DNA of 64,000 nucleotides from Tubiluchus corallicola (lineage: Eukaryota > Animalia > Priapulida): assembly GCA_030141605.1 (NCBI GenBank), contig JAQGDQ010000561.1, forward strand, positions 1 through 64,000, read 5' to 3'. Both the position numbers and the translations under genes were made by a program. Below the pieces are notes generated by a model, which saw nothing but the letters and a program-made list of their open reading frames with translations, did not search any database and was not told where the DNA came from. Shown here piece by piece: positions 40,401-48,000 of this stretch. The first letter of the stretch is position 1. Each line of letters starts with the position of its first letter.

Positions 40401-43400
40401 CTAACCCCTGAATCACGGGTCAGTTTATCGCGGTTACATGCATTTCACCAACCACTAGTTAGACCAGGGGTGTGCAAACAGCGGCCCGCCGAGAGATGTT
40501 GTGCGGCCCGCGAAGAGGTTTGTCAACGTAATGAAAGTGCGGCCCACGCGATCCAGCTGAAGTCCGCGCCAATATCGCAAAGATAGTGCGGGTAGTTTTT
40601 TCTTCTAGATCGGATGGCATTAACCCTTACAAGACCGTTGTCGCATAATGTCACTGTCGGACATGACGAAGTATATGGTTTTTAATATAAATTTTAGTAA
40701 CTTCTAAAATAGTTTCTTGAGTGTAGTAATGCAGTAGCAATGATGTACGCAAATCGGATGCAAAAAAAATCGTTATTAGGCCTTTCTGTACTTGGCTCCT
40801 TGATCAAACTGCATGCGGCCCACAGGAATTGTGGGAAAGTTTAATGTGGCCCGGCTAGTCAGATAATTTGCACACCCCTGAGTTAGACGGATAACAGTTC
40901 CTTCGTTTTGGAAATGTGCTGTATACAAAAAATAGGTGCTACCCTTCTCATTTCAGTAAATATTACAGTCAGTGCCACATAGACAAGATTACAAAACTTT
41001 TGCATTAAATCTGTAAACGCGTGTATCTAGTTTGTGCAGTAACTACATCATCGCCAGCCTACGACTTAATAATGATAAATTAATCTTTAATTTTTAACGT
41101 ATTTAAATCTTAATGTTCAGCACGCCCAGATTTTAAATGATGTAGTGTGCCATATAAATAATTTTGACATTACATCATCAGAAGCAAGTCAGCAGTTTTA
41201 CAGAGTTCTGTTAAAATGTATATTTTTAATGTACAGTCTAGCCTCGTTATCTCACCCCTCGTTATGCCGCCAAACTTGTCTCTCGCCATAGAAAGTACCA
41301 GGACGGATTTCCTGCTTTGATATTTACCTCGTTAAGTCGCCACCCTCGCTTCTCGCCCTCGCCACGTCACGCTAGGACGAGTGCTTATGTAAACTATATT
41401 CGTTATGTCGCCAAACAGACAAACTCAGAGGTGAATCGATCAATACATATACCGCGTGTCGATCAATATAACCGCGGTATGTAGACAATGCTGGTGTACT
41501 CGATAAACAGACATAATTAATCTAGTGTGTGTCTCACCAGGATTAGATTAGGAGTGCTGTGGTTGGTTAATGCGCAGAGAAACTAAAGCGTCACCGATAT
41601 TCTTACTCTATAACACCAAAGCTGCATTTAAGTTTGAGTTCCCACAAAGTGTGAGCAACTTTACATGATGTCTCTGAAGCGAAAACGGTATCATAATGCG
41701 AGATATATTTTATATGTACATAGAGGAACACTATGTTAATCAACTATTATGTATATACATATAGACTAACTTTGTTATATTCCCGTTATCTCGCCATACT
41801 CGCCTCTCGCCAAAAATTTGCCCAGACGAACAGTGGCGAGATAACGAGATTAGACTGTACTCCAAAACGCGGAAGTAGGAAATGAAGAATCACCCCGTTG
41901 TCTTTCATATTAATATATAGTAGCAGTAAAAGTTTTACAATGATCTTTCGCACTTTCTTAAAGCTTAACTAAATTTTAAACTGAAGCCATGCAATGAAGA
42001 TTTGAAAATGCATTTTTTACATAGAAGACTTTACCTTTTGTTTCCTTTGCACCTCTATGATGCTTTTTACGACTCAGTTTTCCACGCTTCGGCTTCTTAG
42101 CCGTCGTCTCTTCCGCTTCTGCGTCCGCATCGGTCTCGGAGTCGTCCGCTTTCTCGCCGGCGGAAGACGCCATCTGGCCAGAATTCTGCGTGTCCGTGCT
42201 CAGGTTGCCGCTCTCGATGTCGCTCGCCAGCTGAGCGCGTATCGAAGCCATGCGCTGCTGACTGGGTATCTTCCCCTTCTGAAGTTGCTTCTGAACGGTC
42301 ATTTGCATGGTGGCTTTGCGAGAAGCGGCGCGGACCGGTCTTCCAGAGGTACGGACTTCCGGTTTCCGCACGTCTTGCGCACTTGAACTACTAGATTCAG
42401 AATCATCTTTGATGGTAAGTTTCTTCTTTGCTTTTGGCGGCAACCTGTCAATAACAAGCGAGCAGAAATGTCATAATACCGAACACAAAGTGACTAACAT
42501 TCATATTCCACGAATTCAATAGGACAGAAAAAAATCAGAATCCAAAATTTGGCAGTACTTATTTAAAGGAAAAGTCAAGCCTTTTGAGAAATTTGGCTTA
42601 CTTCAAAGCTTGCAAAAAATGCTGAAAGGATTTAGTAATAAGTGTGATAAAAATGCTTTGCGAAGCGAAATCACTTTAAAGTCATCACCGTCATTTCATA
42701 CTTGGGTGCTCCCATTTTGAACAGCCATTCTTTAACCCTTTCATACCCATTGTATCCCGTGGGATACGAGAATATTTTCTGCCTTTAAAATTAATAAAAT
42801 TTTAAAACTGACAGTTATTTGATCTGTTAATAGTTATTTTGATTTAAGCCAATAACAATAGACTAAAATGGTGATAAAATGGCAAACTAGAAAATCTACA
42901 TAGCATAAAAATCTGCGCAAGGTACAGTACTTTAGAGACGACTTTGTACAGATCAGCAAAGCGTGCATACTAAATGTCTTAAATACTTTGTACAAATTAT
43001 CAGCAGTTGCAAAATGAAGCACATTTTATGCTTCCATTGAATCTCAAGGTATCCCGTGGGATACAGGCTATATTTAGCACGCGGGCACAGGTAGAAAAAA
43101 AAAATTATTATGTGTAAACGAGATGGACATACTGAACAAAAGTACCAAGCCAAAAAAAATTTTCTTATTAAAAAATAATTTGGGACTGAAAGGGTTAAGC
43201 TGTGTTTGTTTATCGGCTGAAGAAAAGCAGCACTCCGTCAATTTCCGTCAAAAGTACAAGCTTTCACAAAAAAATATGTAGCTAATTTTATCATATTATT
43301 GCACGAACATTAAGCAAGCTGTAGAAGTTTGAAATAATTTAAGCAACGCACTTACGGAAAGCCTCGATTCGCTTACAAAAAGTCGCGAAGTCGACCAGTC

Positions 43401-45552
43401 AGTCACTTCACAATCTACAAGTGAATGGCTAATACCACCATGCTTGAGAACTTCTATACAGCGATAGTTAAATTAGCTTTACGTTTTATAGACAGTTTTT
43501 TGCAAATTTCTTTGTTATACTTTTCTAAGTTAAGTTGTAGTTTAAGTTCGACAATGTATTTTACTATGGTAGACATTTACGACAATGTTCAATTTACTAT
43601 GGTAGAGCAAATAACCTACTCATGAAATTTACTCACTGTTCAGTTAACGTGAAGAGACAATTGTTTAATGCTTACTGCACTACTTTTTATTGTATGTCCA
43701 CTTGGAGACATTTTTATTCTTACAATCTTAGCAAACTTAAGATTGTATATAATGTATCAACACGGAAGCTGTTTAACTTTTCATATGACACGAGCGCAAG
43801 ATATATTTCTACTAGACTTATTCCTATTTATTTTGGTGTGATTCACAGAAATTTGCATACAGTTTATACGTCAGGCCGAATAAGAGAGAAAATTTTATAT
43901 GCAAGAACATTTTAAACAGTGATGCAAACTTTTCTTCTGTAATTGGATGTCATTGTCGTAGTTTGTTATATCGTTAATTGTTATTTGTGTTATTGTTGTG
44001 TTACATGATTTATTGTATTATTTGTATTAATTTGTGATGTGTTTATGAACTTTGTGAAGTTTCAAATAAAATATTAAATCTAAATCTAAATTTAAGTTCA
44101 AAGCAACATGCTAAACAACATCTCCTTTTCCCCAAGAAGTGCAAACCATTTTCTGATACCCAAAAATAACATTTGCCACGCAGTTGACAAATGCATGTAT
44201 GTCCGAAACACAGCAAGATACGTACTTTTTGACAGCGGGCGAGTCTAACTGTTCACTCTCGTCGAGCTTCGGCAGCTGTCTGTTGCGTTTTCTGCGAGTT
44301 CGTTTGCCCGACGGCGTCTTCGGCAACAGTTCCAAGTCGGCGCTGATTGTTGAAATGCAAAAGACAACATTAGCGGGGCGGTTTAAGAAAATGAAACGAG
44401 ACAGAGCCGTGAGATGTTTCAACTTATTTCAATATTACTAGAGCAATAATAAGACACAGGACATAATTCATACTACAGTCGACCCTCGTTAAACCGGACC
44501 CCGTTAGCCCAGATATCGGATAAGACGGACGTCATCCGTGGTAAAGGAAACTGACCGATTCCCGTCCAAGCCGGAGCGCTAAACACAGCACGGCCTATGA
44601 ACTGTACAATAATTTCTTTATCCTCACAGTTTTAACAGGTTAACTATTTTAAAGTAATATACAGTATAGTATATAGTGCACAGTATATAGGCCTTATTAA
44701 GGTGATTATTCCTGTATAATATAGACCACATATAGGCATATCGGATAAATCGGACAATCGGCTAAACGGGACCACCCCCCACCCCCAATTAGTCCGGTTT
44801 AACGAGGGTTGACTGTATTTACTTTTCACAGCCAGCGTACAGAAATGACTCGCTTAACGACTCTCCGTTTAGCGACGTTTCGTTTTAACGAGGCTTAACA
44901 TTTAACACCCTTTTCTTACTTAAAATGCAAATTTCAATTTAACGAGAATTTTTTTATCTTGCTCATAGTCATTTTTTATTTTACCAACAAATTTTTACCT
45001 AATTTGAAACATTAAAACATATTCATACTGCATTATTTTGTCTAAAAACACACTAGCATTGTAAAACAGTACAATTATTATCTAGGTGAAATAGTCCCAA
45101 GTTTGCCCCATAGTTTGACTTTTACTATACATGCCGTGTTTAGCCACATACTGCCTAGGCTTCAATATTAGCAACAGAAAAACGGCTGGCTAGGTATCGG
45201 TAAAAAAGATAGTAGGCCTCGAATGACACATCGATGCATCGTGATGGAGTGTTCGCTGTTTCGTGGGTTTTCAAAAATATTAATGTAAAATAAATGTAAA
45301 TACTAATAATAAATAATGTAGCATAAAAATCTAATTCATAAATGAACAGGCATGCTAATTTACTGTCTGACAGACACGATCATACACAATATACCTGTTA
45401 AGTGCCTTTTTTGCCTGAACGACTATTTCCTCCAGATACAGGTAATGTGGTTCAAATTTCTCCATAAACGAGTCCAGTTTTTGTACAGTCGGCAAATAGA
45501 TTTTATATGCACAGGATAAAATCTCAGCCATCGGTTCTTGAGAAGAATCCAT
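7268..45552 (-). CDS. INCENP: Inner centromere protein (INCENP), chromosomal passenger complex scaffold; 17 coding exons, ~1386 aa
   Basis: Exons (minus): 45552-45395, 44342-44226, 42444-42035, 39991-38877, 37392-37120, 34000-33699, 32417-32306, 31658-31503, 31050-30976, 29034-28789, 27952-27684, 20348-20166, 14042-13947, 12165-12057, 10004-9820, 8450-8314, 7485-7268. They sum to 4161 nt with consistent phases. Motifs: N-terminal [25 protein letters not shown] (CEN-box, cf. human WLEEI..ELMPKTPSQKNRRKK), SFITRNSP before an E/K/R-rich SAH, and the IN-box [46 protein letters not shown]. Confidence 0.95.
7728..8245 (+). mobile_element. TIR MITE family B, copy 1
   Basis: TIR CAGGGATGAGAAT; highly similar copy at 32859..33374; TSD not clear. 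Confidence 0.8.
8314..8450 (-). CDS. INCENP: INCENP coding exon 16 (IN-box N-half)
   Basis: [34 protein letters not shown]. Confidence 0.95.
8526..9125. mobile_element. Tc1/mariner (pogo/Tigger-like) MITE
   Basis: TA|CAGTAAGTC..TTAACGAC ... GTTAAACGAGGACTG|TA. Confidence 0.7.
9199..9547. repeat. 63-bp tandem repeat (~5.5 copies)
   Basis: Unit gctggggcttatttactgactagtgtgagcatgaaatttcacatttgttttcatcctagcaat. Confidence 0.9.
9820..10004 (-). CDS. INCENP: INCENP coding exon 15
   Basis: [24 protein letters not shown]; donor |gtgagt. Confidence 0.88.
10223..10683 (+). mobile_element. hAT-like MITE family A, copy 1
   Basis: TIR CAGGGGTGTGCAAA; 8-bp TSD ctataaag/ctataaac. Confidence 0.85.
10840..11414. 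mobile_element. Kolobok-like non-autonomous family (paralogues at ~34140..34770 and ~62230..62802)
   Basis: Shared aaatttaaactcccgcgatg..caggtaccc core; the 10840 and 62230 copies end in tcct|TTAA. Confidence 0.65.
12057..12165 (-). CDS. INCENP: INCENP coding exon 14 (SAH)
   Basis: [36 protein letters not shown]. Confidence 0.88.
12673..13210. mobile_element. Kolobok-like non-autonomous family (paralogues inverted at ~27035..27605, and at 63729..64000)
   Basis: TTAA|AGGAAGAC.. start; shared core gatgacatcacaaac..gcgaaaattgaagtacagtg. Confidence 0.65.
13319..13779 (+). mobile_element. Internally deleted RTE-clade retroposon with TSD
   Basis: 16-bp TSD gaagcaaaaattctaa. RTE-type 5' motif gtcccaagcctggataaa..ggaggg, RT C-terminal peptide [36 protein letters not shown], and a (GAA)n tail. 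Confidence 0.85.
13947..14042 (-). CDS. INCENP: INCENP coding exon 13 (SAH), GC donor
   Basis: [31 protein letters not shown]; donor AG|gcgagt. Confidence 0.85.
14071..20117. repeat. 28-bp minisatellite (~216 copies) filling an INCENP intron
   Basis: Unit caatctctcccattcacagatacagttg. Confidence 0.98.
20166..20348 (-). CDS. INCENP: INCENP coding exon 12 (SAH)
   Basis: [32 protein letters not shown]..; donor |gtaag. Confidence 0.9.
20458..21004 (+). mobile_element. Kolobok-like MITE
   Basis: TTAA|GGGAAGACCGG...CCGGTTTTCCT|TTAA; inverted paralogue at ~29995..30500. Confidence 0.7.
21052..21181. repeat. 34-bp tandem repeat (~4 copies)
   Basis: Unit aagccattttcggggcctgttgtcactgatgttt. Confidence 0.9.
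22100..22289 (+). mobile_element. 5S rRNA-derived SINE (SINE3-like), 3'-truncated
   Basis: 5S-like head (ttctcgtctgatcac.gaagttaagc..ggttagtacttggatggg..ccgcct) followed by a non-5S body shared with the 35085 copy. Confidence 0.8.
22831..24216 (+). CDS. Nested gene: secreted, probably GPI-anchored leucine-rich-repeat protein with mucin-like stalk; exons 22831-23422 and 23654-24216, 384 aa
   Basis: Kozak gccacgATG and a hydrophobic signal peptide. LRRNT C..CEC..C, about 5 LRRs (e.g. [20 protein letters not shown]), and a phase-1 intron G|gtgagt..tatag|GA joining into [19 protein letters not shown]. Then 11 x 9-aa S/T repeats and a C-terminal hydrophobic tail with no cytoplasmic part. TATAAA at ~22693; AATAAA at 25096. 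Confidence 0.88.
23800..24096 (+). repeat. Coding 27-bp tandem repeat (11 units, NSTTESSTE consensus)
   Basis: Unit aactcaaccactgagtcgtctacagag repeated in frame. Confidence 0.9.
25207..25965 (-). mobile_element. Non-LTR (CR1/L2-group-like) LINE 3' end
   Basis: Minus strand shows a degenerate [12 protein letters not shown].. RT C-terminus, a 3'UTR with internal ~80-bp repeats, and an AATAAA + (ATTG)n tail. Confidence 0.6.
26630..26727. repeat. (ATTGT/ATTGC)n microsatellite
   Basis: Direct reading. Confidence 0.95.
27684..27952 (-). CDS. INCENP: INCENP coding exon 11 (SAH start)
   Basis: [24 protein letters not shown]..; donor |gtgagt. Confidence 0.9.
28263..28592 (-). mobile_element. LINE/SINE 3'-end fragment (paralogue at ~52999..53331)
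   Basis: ~330 bp near-identical pair, ending in AATAAA + (TCTATG)n on the minus strand. Confidence 0.65.
28789..29034 (-). CDS. INCENP: INCENP coding exon 10
   Basis: [22 protein letters not shown] (cf. human SFIKRNTP); 246 nt. Confidence 0.9.
29197..29750. repeat. 42-bp tandem repeat (~13 copies)
   Basis: Unit tgctcgaccagtgcaatgtattacgcaatcattgcagtgtac. Confidence 0.9.
29995..30500 (-). mobile_element. Kolobok-like MITE (paralogue of 20458..21004)
   Basis: Reverse-complement similarity along its length. Confidence 0.7.
30976..31050 (-). CDS. INCENP: INCENP coding exon 9
   Basis: [25 protein letters not shown]; boundaries gtag| and AAG|gtaatc; 75 nt. Confidence 0.7.
31503..31658 (-). CDS. 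INCENP: INCENP coding exon 8
   Basis: [27 protein letters not shown]; 156 nt, phase 0/0. Confidence 0.8.
31745..32211. mobile_element. pogo/Tigger-like MITE (left end degenerate)
   Basis: gtcatacctcgg...ccgaggtatgactg|TA. Confidence 0.7.
32306..32417 (-). CDS. INCENP: INCENP coding exon 7
   Basis: [22 protein letters not shown]; donor |gtatgt. Confidence 0.8.
32859..33374 (+). mobile_element. TIR MITE family B, copy 2
   Basis: CAGGGATGAGAAT...ATTCCCATCCCTG; flanks cgacat/cgacaa. Confidence 0.8.
33699..34000 (-). CDS. INCENP: INCENP coding exon 6
   Basis: [22 protein letters not shown]; boundaries cag| and |gtaaac. Confidence 0.8.
34308..34595. mobile_element. pogo/Tigger-like MITE nested in a Kolobok-like element
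   Basis: TA|CAGTAAGTCCTCGCTTAACGAC...GTCGTTAAGCGAGAGTTTACTG|TA. The empty site aaattactgtatc is visible in host paralogues at ~11001 and ~62395. Confidence 0.85.
35085..35600 (+). mobile_element. 5S rRNA-derived SINE (SINE3-like), longer copy
   Basis: 120-nt 5S-like head (35085-35204) with no T-run terminator, then a GC-rich body; 3' boundary approximate. Confidence 0.75.
35781..37037. mobile_element. hAT-like non-autonomous element (~1.26 kb)
   Basis: TIRs TAGGGATGTC/GACATCCCTA with clustered subterminal GATTCG repeats; TSD degenerate. Confidence 0.65.
37120..37392 (-). CDS. INCENP: INCENP coding exon 5
   Basis: [33 protein letters not shown]; 273 nt, phase 0/0. Confidence 0.8.
38390..38760. 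repeat. Degenerate ~35-bp TG-rich tandem repeat
   Basis: Units resemble tagtattgtgctttttgttattattgtgcttgtgt. Confidence 0.8.
38877..39991 (-). CDS. INCENP: INCENP coding exon 4 (large disordered exon)
   Basis: 1115-nt open exon inside ORF 38736..40040, rich in SP/TP sites; boundaries tttag| and |gtaatt. Confidence 0.85.
40465..40880 (+). mobile_element. hAT-like MITE family A, copy 2
   Basis: TIR CAGGGGTGTGCAAA; perfect 8-bp TSD agttagac. Confidence 0.9.
41234..41857. mobile_element. pogo/Tigger-like MITE
   Basis: TA|CAGTCTAGCCTCGTTATCTC...GAGATAACGAGATTAGACTG|TA. Confidence 0.85.
42035..42444 (-). CDS. INCENP: INCENP coding exon 3
   Basis: [21 protein letters not shown]; boundaries gacag| and |gtaaag. 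Confidence 0.85.
42736..43194 (-). mobile_element. piggyBac-like MITE, copy 2 (inserted in a Kolobok-like element)
   Basis: Reverse complement of 88..543; TTAA on both sides. Confidence 0.9.
43590..44092 (+). mobile_element. Non-LTR retrotransposon 3' fragment
   Basis: [29 protein letters not shown] is typical of LINE RT C-termini; AATAAA + (TAAATC)n tail. Confidence 0.65.
44226..44342 (-). CDS. INCENP: INCENP coding exon 2
   Basis: [25 protein letters not shown]; AG acceptor and GT donor, phases fit. Confidence 0.9.
44476..44815. mobile_element. pogo/Tigger-like MITE
   Basis: TA|CAGTCGACCCTCGTTAAACCGGAC...GTCCGGTTTAACGAGGGTTGACTG|TA. Confidence 0.88.
45395..45552 (-). CDS. INCENP: INCENP coding exon 1 (CEN-box helix)
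   Basis: Acceptor tttcag|GAAAAATG; translation [52 protein letters not shown]; donor AG|gtatat. Confidence 0.85.
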
Positions 45553-46603
45553 TTTTCCTGAAAGACACACTTTTAAATTTAACTGTTAATTTTTCAACTT
45601 TTAGACATTCACTTTTGGATCAAAAATGTAAATCAGGTTCATTAATCATCGGATTTTTTTCAATTTCACCAGGACAACCCGGATGAATCCTTGACACCTG
45701 ATTTTATTGTCATTTTTTTCCTTGATGCCATGTTAACGCAAAATGCTAACGTAACTATCGCAAATACCCAAATAGCTGATGAATTATAATACGATAGCCG
45801 CCGCATAATAATCTCATTTTGGGACCAACGTGTTTTGACACAACTGACCGACTGAACCTATTAACCGATGGGTGTAGTATCACAGGGTGTAGGTATAGAA
45901 GTGCGAGTCATCAGCTTACTATGCACTGCAAAAGTTTTTAATGAATTTTAGAAACGAAGTAATGCCTAAATTCCTTTGCGCAGTTAAAAATTAGAAAAAT
46001 ATTTTAAAGTATTAATTTATATTTAAGTGAATTAGCAATAAATTAAAAAGTATACTTTTCTAAATCACAGACTTTATTTGCAAAATAAACAGGACTGCAC
46101 TCAAAGCACGTGAGTGCTCCTTCTCAAACAACTTAGTATAATCCACTTGTAATGAATTTCAAAAATTTGCTCGCTATAACAGTTACGGATGAGGTCAATT
46201 GTCTGAGTAGATGTAAAAGATTGAAATGAAACACATGAGGCGAAAATATGATGTTACGCACGAAAAGTACACTTTCCTTTGAGACTGGCACAAGTTTCTT
46301 AATGACTGCCACAGTCCACAATATATTTTATCACAAAAGAGCAAACTTATCGAGTTCAAAACTATGTTATCTACTTGTAGGGTTAATGCATAAACCCACA
46401 TCGCAAGTTGCTTTTCTAAATTGCTGCTGTGATTCATTGTGTACATCTGTTGATCACTGCGTGTGTCTGCGTGAGTGCTGTAATGCCTTTGTGCAACACC
46501 ATGGATGTTTGTGTAGGTAGAAAACATGAGTTGGTTGTTTTTATCTACGTAGCTGTGCAGCCGTAACATAAAATATTATTATGAACATTTCAGGGCGAGC
46601 ATA

Positions 46604-46809
46604 CAGGGCCGGCCTTAAGCATAGGCAAACTAGGCAACCGCCTAGGGCCTCACCCTCCAGGGGGGCCTCACGCCGAGGTAACATACATTATAGTTTTTAA
46701 TAAATTGCGTAATTTTATTTTTTTCGTATTTATTTTTTATTTTTCTATTTCATTTGGGGCCACCAAATTCACTTCGCCTAGGGCCTCCAATTACCTAAGG
46801 CCGACCCTG
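46604..46809. mobile_element. hAT-like MITE (206 bp)
   Basis: TIRs CAGGGCCGGCCTTA/TAAGGCCGACCCTG; perfect 8-bp TSD cgagcata. Confidence 0.9.
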
Positions 46810-47849
46810 CGAGCATACATTAACCTAAATATATCATCTAATAATTAAGTCTACAGTCTGACTAATCTATGTTAATAATTAATGCAAAATCAGTATTTAT
46901 TTAAACACTCTTATAAAAGTTTGTTATAAATTACACTTCGAACAGTCACAGAATTATTTATTTTGCAAAGATAGGCAGTTTATTTTTTGAAAAACTTGGT
47001 TATTTTTGCCTGTTTTACATTAAATTGCACCACTGCTTTATTCAAGGAGTTGTCAGACTGTAAGAAGACACAATGAGAAAACATTAGTATCAGTTGCTGG
47101 TGATGACTCAAATTTATCAATAACTTCAATTATGTCTTTCGAACTAATGTGTTGATAAAGGAGTTCATTTTCTATGTCTGAATCATCATGCCTGCTTCAT
47201 TCTGAATTAAGTTAGAACTACAGCAGTGCACATACCAGTAGACTCACCAGTACATCTGCAGGCACGTGTGCTGAAGTTGAGACACAGTGTGCACGATAAA
47301 TAAATTAATCCCGACAGTACATAGTCATCTTTTTGCCCTTGGTAACATTGTTTTAGAACATGTGTTCGTTATATATGTACAATCACGTAAAAAGCAAAAA
47401 CTTGTAATATCAGAGTTTGTTGTAAGCAAGGTTTAAATACATTAATTTAAGTCTAAGATTTGAGTGGACTTTGAAATTTACTTTATTTGAAAAATAAGCA
47501 GTGGCTCGTTATAACAGGCCTCGTTATACGTGGATTATACGATTAACCCACTTGAGAAGCAATACAATTAACCGATGAGTGCTAGGCAGGCCAAACTACA
47601 TTGTTCAACGTCAGCAGTCATTAGTTCAATGAAAAGTTTACTTCATTCTAAAATTTTAATGACTTTCCAAAAGTAAAGACTTCACAGTTAGTCAGTAACC
47701 ATAATTAAAATAACAAAAGAGGAATTCAATCCTACCACTTACAATTCGTCTACTTTGCACGTCAGAAAACGAAGAAGATTAGAAAACGTTTTTAAAAATA
47801 ATTTAACTGTACATTATACATTACTATATTTTAGTTTATTACAACAGTG

Positions 47850-48000
47850 CTTCTTTCGCGACGATTTACATCGTGAAACAAAATTATTAATAAAGAAATT
47901 AGACTGATTGCCGCCAGAGCTTTAAAATGTCCGACACAGAAATTGACCAATCATAGCTTTTCGCAAGAGAGTCGAATTTGAAAACTGCGCGACGCCCAAA
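47850..48000 (-). promoter_or_regulatory. Putative INCENP promoter with CCAAT box and CDE/CHR-like element
   Basis: gaCCAATca at 47947. TTTGAA (47977-47982), a 4-nt spacer, then GCGCG (47987-47991). E2F-like TTTCGCG at ~47854. A minus-strand GTAAGT donor near 47742 could end a 5'UTR exon. Confidence 0.45.
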
